Positions 59,138 through 64,000 of a DNA stretch of 64,000 nt are shown piece by piece. Origin of the DNA: Thermoproteota archaeon (lineage in GTDB: Archaea; Thermoproteota; Methanomethylicia; Culexarchaeales; Culexarchaeaceae). The position numbers and the translations under genes are program-made. The notes beneath the pieces are model-generated. The model ran no database searches, was not told the DNA's origin, and was given only the letters and a program-made list of their open reading frames with translations. Position 1 is the first letter of the stretch. The number at the start of each line of letters is the position of its first letter. The stretch lies in the NCBI GenBank assembly GCA_020833005.1, contig JAJHRD010000002.1, forward strand, positions 70,287 through 134,286, in the 5' to 3' direction.

Positions 59138-59207
59138 ATTACACCAATATAAATTAAAAATATAAAGATTCTTTAAGTTTTTGCTGGAATGGCAATAGCA
59201 TGCTACA

Positions 59208-59372
59208 CTACTTCTTTATGAGATCCATGAACCTAGCGCAATTAACACAGACTTGCATGCCCTCCCTCTCCGTTATACAGTTTTTACACACGTTTTTGAA
59301 ACACATTTCACACTTGTATATTTCATTAACTTTAGCTCCACATATTGGACATGTATACAAAGCGCTTTTCAC
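59208..59372 (-). CDS. Small 8-Cys zinc-ribbon-like protein (54 aa, not in the ORF track)
   Basis: Hand translation from GTG 59372, preceded by aaagGTG: (M)KSALYTCPICGAKVNEIYKCEMCFKNVCKNCITEREGMQVCVNCARFMDLIKK*. Four CxxC pairs. Same strand as pheST. The overlapping + strand 64-aa track ORF has no features. Confidence 0.4.
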   Translation of the reverse strand: MKSALYTCPICGAKVNEIYKCEMCFKNVCKNCITEREGMQVCVNCARFMDLIKK

Positions 59373-59412
59373 CTTTAAAAATAAATTATTGTAAAATAAT
59401 ATTTATTCTTTG

Positions 59413-61104
59413 TTAAAGCCATTTCGCTGTTAAATCATCCTTGAACGTTTTCACTTTGACACCTTTAAGAGGGAAAGTTGGTTGGCAATGGGTAAACTCC
59501 AAAATAGATACTGGCATTTCAATGTTAAAATTAATTAAAACTTTTGGATGAATTTCACCTATTAAGCCAATGCATCTATTTTTAACTTTCACAACAGCAA
59601 CTCTGCCACTTATAAATGATGGATGATTATACTGTTCTAGGGATGCCTCGACTCCAAGCCCATCCATTAATGACGTCAAAACTTCCTTAGCATCTGTAAA
59701 TGTAGCCCTTGAGGCTGAAATAGCAATGGCAGTATTTCTCTGAACATAAATGTCATCTTCCGACGGTATTGCCACATACCCTATTTCAAATATTTTTTGA
59801 GGATAAGCAGAATGTTTATTTTGTGAAAGGAAGCGTAGTAGATTCGGAGTTATCCAAAATCTATAACAATTGTACTCTTCACTAACTGGATTCACTAATC
59901 TCAATACATTTGCATTAGTGATATTCATTAGAGTTGTTTGATTAGCAATATTTGTTAATGTGAAGGTCATTACCTCCTGAAAGCCCATTCCAATGAGTAT
60001 TCCTCTGATTTTTCCTTCTAAAACTTCTATCAATGATGGTTTCCCAACAGTCATTATTGATGGGAGTTCGGGAGTTATATTCTCATATCCATAAGAGATC
60101 AGCATATCCTCAATAATATCAACGGGATGAAGAATGTCAACTCTATATGGGGGTATAATGACCTTGACCTCTCCATGATTTACCACTTCAGCTCCATAAC
60201 CCATTCTCCTCAATAGTGTTAAAGCTTCATTTAGGTTTATCCTCAAACCAGTAAGTTTATTGAACATCTCAACATTGACGTACATTTGTTTAGGCGTTAA
60301 ATCGGGGGTTATTTTGCTAAAATTGGGATATTTAATGGAAACTCTTTCCACAATGCCGCCTCTCTCAAGAATGTTACAGACAAGCACATTTAATGTTTGT
60401 TCAACAGCTTTCTCATCGGTTCCAGTCAATTCTATAAATAGATTCTTCGTAGATTCATTTACTCTAGTACGTGCTCCATTTATTATAGGAGGAAAGCTGA
60501 AAATACCTTTCCCATCAATGTATACTGGATAAGTCCCCTTTACAAGTGCAGAATAAGCTTTACCCTTAGGATGCTTAACCAATATTTCTTTAAGAGACAG
60601 CTCCTCCTCCATATCCAATGGAACCATCTTTTCATCCCCACTCACTTCAGTATATATTATTGGTGGCGTTATTTTGTCATAATCATGTATTCCTATAGCA
60701 ACCTTCCTTCTATTCCTACCTAAAGTTATATGTAAAGCCTCTTGCATGTTCATTAAACTCTTTATGAAAGCACTGTCAATAGTTAAATTTCTAATTATTG
60801 CGCACGCTATATATGGGCGTGTCTGAGCATCTTTAACGTAAACCTCCACGCAAGGTTTATTTGAAGACAAGAGAGCATATGTAGTGCAACTTAACTCGAT
60901 TTCAAAGAAGTTTCTTATAGCTCTGGATAACCCCTCAACGCTTAAGAGATCGGGGCGATCAGGCTCAAGTTCAACTATGACCTCTTCCCCCTCAACGTTT
61001 TTAATTTCCCCCTTAAATTGCCGTATAGCATAAAATATCTTTTCAACACTTTCCACACGACTAAACTTCATTAAATCATTTATATTGAAACTTAAGGTGG
61101 GCAT
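59413..61104 (-). CDS. pheT: Phenylalanyl-tRNA synthetase beta subunit
   Basis: 563 aa. MPTLSFNINDL... is a B3/4-B5 type archaeal PheT. It lies immediately downstream of pheS with no gap. Confidence 0.9.
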   Translation of the reverse strand: MPTLSFNINDLMKFSRVESVEKIFYAIRQFKGEIKNVEGEEVIVELEPDRPDLLSVEGLSRAIRNFFEIELSCTTYALLSSNKPCVEVYVKDAQTRPYIACAIIRNLTIDSAFIKSLMNMQEALHITLGRNRRKVAIGIHDYDKITPPIIYTEVSGDEKMVPLDMEEELSLKEILVKHPKGKAYSALVKGTYPVYIDGKGIFSFPPIINGARTRVNESTKNLFIELTGTDEKAVEQTLNVLVCNILERGGIVERVSIKYPNFSKITPDLTPKQMYVNVEMFNKLTGLRINLNEALTLLRRMGYGAEVVNHGEVKVIIPPYRVDILHPVDIIEDMLISYGYENITPELPSIMTVGKPSLIEVLEGKIRGILIGMGFQEVMTFTLTNIANQTTLMNITNANVLRLVNPVSEEYNCYRFWITPNLLRFLSQNKHSAYPQKIFEIGYVAIPSEDDIYVQRNTAIAISASRATFTDAKEVLTSLMDGLGVEASLEQYNHPSFISGRVAVVKVKNRCIGLIGEIHPKVLINFNIEMPVSILEFTHCQPTFPLKGVKVKTFKDDLTAKWL

Positions 61105-62712
61105 TTAGACCCCCCACAATGTTGGAATCCTCTTTGATCTTAGCCAATCTAAGTCATTGGAGAAAAGTAGTCGTATATCTTCTATCCCGAGAGCCACCAT
61201 AGCCAATCTATCTATCCCAAGTCCCCAAGCAAGAACTGTAGCTTTAATTCCAAGTGGGTACGTGACTTCAGGTCTGAAAATCCCTGCAGGTAATGCTTCA
61301 ATCCAACCCAATTTATCATGTTTAATGTACCCAACAACACTGGGTTCCGTGAATGGGAAATATGCTGGCTGAAATTTAACCTCCTTTATGCCAAAGGCTT
61401 CCGCAATAGTTTTTAAGAAGCCCAGCAAATGTTTAAAATTAACATCATATGATACAACTATACCCTCACACTGATTAAATTCCATTAAATGAGTTGCATC
61501 GATTTTATCAGGCCTATAATTTCTGTCAATCGTAAATATCTTCTTCGGCAAATCAGAGTCACTTAACTGAGATAAACAACGCACAGATACTGCTGTAGTC
61601 TGACTCCTCAATATACGTTTTAAAGCGAGTTCAGGATCCCAGTAACCCCAGCCTTTCGAACCAGTTTCCCAGCCGTTTTCATGAGTAGCTTTAACACGCT
61701 CCCATATTTCCCTCTCGCAGACTTTATCTAAATTCATCCGTTTATAATCAACATAGAAGACATCATGTATATCTCTTGCAGGATGATCTGAGGGCATGAA
61801 GAGGGCATCTGTATTCCAGAAGTTGACTTCTATTGGTGGACTAGTAACCTCTTCAAATCCCAATCCTATAAGTATTTCTCGAATTTCATCTATTATCTCC
61901 CTATATGGATGCTTCTTCCCAAAAATAAGTTTCTTTACAGGAGCGGAGACATCATAAGGTCTAAAGTAAAGATTAGACCACTCCCCAGAAACTATAATGT
62001 CCCTTGTAAGTTCATTAACTATTTTTATGTTTTTAATGTCCAATACATTACGAATTGAGAAAAGCTCCTTAATCATACTCAAAGCTTTTAAGCCAACTTG
62101 AGTTAATGAGGCTTTAACTTCCTTTACACTTCTATCCTTAATAATCCTCCCTCTCTTCCTCAGAGATCCCAGCAAAACAAGGTCTTCCTCAGAAAGTGGA
62201 AAGCCATTATTAATTTTACTTAATAGTATGTATGGAGGATAATTGTTTAGTAGGTCGGTAGCATTTTCAACCTTCAATTTTACAAGTCTATTTCCATTCA
62301 CTTTTTCAATAGAAATCCAACCCAATTTCACAGCCCAACTTAATCCTATCTTTAATTCAGCTTCACTCAATTGAAGATCTTCAATTAAAGATGCACCACC
62401 ATGCTCAATCAATTTCTTGATAACCCGTTGCTCTGGAAATAGTTGCTCTAAGTATTCCTCTCCTTCCACATCCAATTCATATGTGGATATAAGAACTTCT
62501 TCTACTGATATTAGATTCTTGACCTTTAGAGATTCAAAAGCCCATAACACAGAGTCCACTGATAACCCAGTTTTCTCAGAAACATCTTTTAATGTATGGG
62601 AAGTCTCTAAGGCAATCAAAACCTTCATTTCAATTGGATGAAGCATCCCTATGATTTTTTGAAGAAGATCTATTGAAATTGGAGCTCCATTACTCCCTCC
62701 CATATTACACAT
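61105..62712 (-). CDS. pheS: Phenylalanyl-tRNA synthetase alpha subunit
   Basis: 535 aa with N-terminal wHTH repeats and class II motifs (FRPDKIDATHLMEFNQCEG; GLGIDRLAM). Confidence 0.9.
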   Translation of the reverse strand: MCNMGGSNGAPISIDLLQKIIGMLHPIEMKVLIALETSHTLKDVSEKTGLSVDSVLWAFESLKVKNLISVEEVLISTYELDVEGEEYLEQLFPEQRVIKKLIEHGGASLIEDLQLSEAELKIGLSWAVKLGWISIEKVNGNRLVKLKVENATDLLNNYPPYILLSKINNGFPLSEEDLVLLGSLRKRGRIIKDRSVKEVKASLTQVGLKALSMIKELFSIRNVLDIKNIKIVNELTRDIIVSGEWSNLYFRPYDVSAPVKKLIFGKKHPYREIIDEIREILIGLGFEEVTSPPIEVNFWNTDALFMPSDHPARDIHDVFYVDYKRMNLDKVCEREIWERVKATHENGWETGSKGWGYWDPELALKRILRSQTTAVSVRCLSQLSDSDLPKKIFTIDRNYRPDKIDATHLMEFNQCEGIVVSYDVNFKHLLGFLKTIAEAFGIKEVKFQPAYFPFTEPSVVGYIKHDKLGWIEALPAGIFRPEVTYPLGIKATVLAWGLGIDRLAMVALGIEDIRLLFSNDLDWLRSKRIPTLWGV

Positions 62713-62825
62713 TTTAACTCTCCTTTTATATATTTATTCATTAACAGTCTTCCTAGTTTATAAGGTTTTAAGTACAATACGTAAACAAAATTCTTAAATA
62801 GAATTTACAATAGGGAAATTATATC

Positions 62826-63704
62826 ATGGAGATAAAAGGGATATATGTACCACATGTCACACCATTCAAACATGATGGGGAAATAGATAGAGAAGCTCTG
62901 AAAAAATGCATAGAGTTTTGGATCAATAGTGGAGTTAACGGCCTTGTAACATTAGGTAGTAATGGGGAATTCCCATACTTAACCTATGAGGAGAAGATAT
63001 CTGTAGTGAAAGATGTAATTGACTATGTTAATGGAAGAGTGAAGGTCATAGTGGGAACAGGAGCGCCGAGTACATATGAAACAATAAAATTCTCTAAAGA
63101 GATTTTAGATTTAGGGGGAGTGGATGCACTAATAATAGTTACACCCTACTACTTCCCACTATCATCAAATGAATTAATAGCCCATTATTCAGAAGTACTA
63201 AGTAAAGTGGATGCACCAATACTACTATATGATGTACCAAAATTCACTGGATATAGCATGGATGTAAGTGTAGTGGAAAAACTTGTAAAAGAGTACAGCA
63301 ATATTATAGGTATAAAGGATAGTACTGGAAACATGCTTCACATATCAGAAACCATAAGAACCGTGGGGGACAAAATTAGCGTATTGTCTGGGACTGCCGA
63401 ATTTATATTGCCAACATTAATGCTTGGAGGGAAAGGAGCAATAGTAGCTGTAGCGAATTTCATACCAGAACTCACAGTGAAACTCTATAATGACTTCATT
63501 ATGAAAAGATATGGAGAAGCTGCAAAAATCCAATTGAAAATAAATGCCATATGGAATGCTCTTAGAAAATTCAATCAGCTTTCAGCAGTAAAAGCCTGCA
63601 TGAATATAAGGAATATTAATGCAGGATATCCAAGAAGACCATCACTACCATTAAATGACAATGAAATGAACTATGTAAGAGAAATACTATCAAAGTACTT
63701 GTGA
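62826..63704 (+). CDS. DapA/KDG-aldolase family class I aldolase (dihydrodipicolinate synthase-like)
   Basis: 292 aa. VTPF...GVNGLVTLGSNGEFPYLTYEEK, the Schiff-base region IIGIKDSTG and the tail GYPRRPSLPL. Confidence 0.75.
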   Translation: MEIKGIYVPHVTPFKHDGEIDREALKKCIEFWINSGVNGLVTLGSNGEFPYLTYEEKISVVKDVIDYVNGRVKVIVGTGAPSTYETIKFSKEILDLGGVDALIIVTPYYFPLSSNELIAHYSEVLSKVDAPILLYDVPKFTGYSMDVSVVEKLVKEYSNIIGIKDSTGNMLHISETIRTVGDKISVLSGTAEFILPTLMLGGKGAIVAVANFIPELTVKLYNDFIMKRYGEAAKIQLKINAIWNALRKFNQLSAVKACMNIRNINAGYPRRPSLPLNDNEMNYVREILSKYL

Positions 63705-63763
63705 AGAGTAAAACTTATTTAAATTTTATTCCTAAATAGATGATTGAATTGGTGATTGCCGAA

Positions 63764-64000
63764 GATGGAGGAAAATGAGCAAAGTAAAAATATTGCTGAA
63801 TTGAAGGAAAGAGCTCAGAAGATTTTATCATTGCTAAAGCATGCATATCCAGATGTAAAGGGGACTGAACTGAATTTTAGCAATGCATGGGAATTGTTAG
63901 TTGCAACAGTATTAGCCGCACAAACACCAGATGCTAGAGTAAATGAAGTAACAAAAGTATTATTTCAAAGATATAGGTCAATAAAAGATTACGCTAAAGC
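63764..64000 (+). CDS. nth: Endonuclease III (Nth), 3'-truncated by the window edge
   Basis: Hand translation: MEENEQSKNIAELKERAQKILSLLKHAYPDVKGTELNFSNAWELLVATVLAAQTPDARVNEVTKVLFQRY... The HhH-GPD N-terminal pattern matches. Confidence 0.8.

Noticed and set aside
59200-59394. Track ORF (+, 64 aa: MLHYFFMRSMNLAQLTQTCMPSLS...).
   Set aside because: It has no protein-like features. The opposite strand encodes a far more plausible 8-Cys zinc-ribbon-like peptide in the same orientation as the flanking pheST and tRNA genes.
1-64000. CRISPR arrays, rRNA operons, transposons/IS elements, toxin-antitoxin or other defence loci.
   Set aside because: The longest non-coding gaps are about 150-230 bp and contain no regularly spaced repeats. 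No Cas, transposase, integrase or typical defence domains were recognised in any ORF. The only substantial repeat is the P0/P1 tail duplication.

Overview
This is an AT-rich archaeal chromosome segment made almost entirely of housekeeping information-processing genes. It is probably from a hyperthermophilic TACK/Thermoproteota-type organism. The evidence for that placement is an unsplit rpoB with split rpoA1/rpoA2, genes for S30e, L39e and LX, a TFE-beta-like gene, no EF-2 gene in the S7/EF-1alpha cluster, and very GC-rich tRNAs in an AT-rich background.

I can support about 73 protein genes, three of which are too short for the ORF track: S30e, L39e and a 54-aa Cys-rich protein. I can also support 11 tRNA genes, two of them with short anticodon-loop introns. 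The window contains several classic conserved clusters:
- S8e-SRP19-Gar1-TFB
- fibrillarin-Nop5
- S19e-PDCD5-L39e-L31e-aIF6-LX-prefoldin-FtsY
- SecE-NusG-L11-L1-P0-P1
- rpoH-rpoB-rpoA1-rpoA2-L30e-NusA
- S7-EF1alpha-S10

It also carries pyrD/pyrK, argF, carAB, alaS, pheST, a 4-subunit 2-oxoacid:ferredoxin oxidoreductase operon and orc1/cdc6. I saw no rRNA, CRISPR array, transposase, integrase or recognisable defence island.

I do not see a convincing novel multi-gene system. The best leads are:
1. A rearranged RNA polymerase/str cluster, with S12 inverted and the oxidoreductase operon inserted.
2. A 140-bp perfect repeat homogenising the P0 and P1 tails.
3. A solitary C5-cytosine methyltransferase translationally coupled to a SPOUT-like protein.
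4. A candidate replication origin upstream of orc1/cdc6.
5. A possible non-canonical start codon for P1.

All family assignments come from reading the translated ORFs and recalling family hallmarks. No searches were run.
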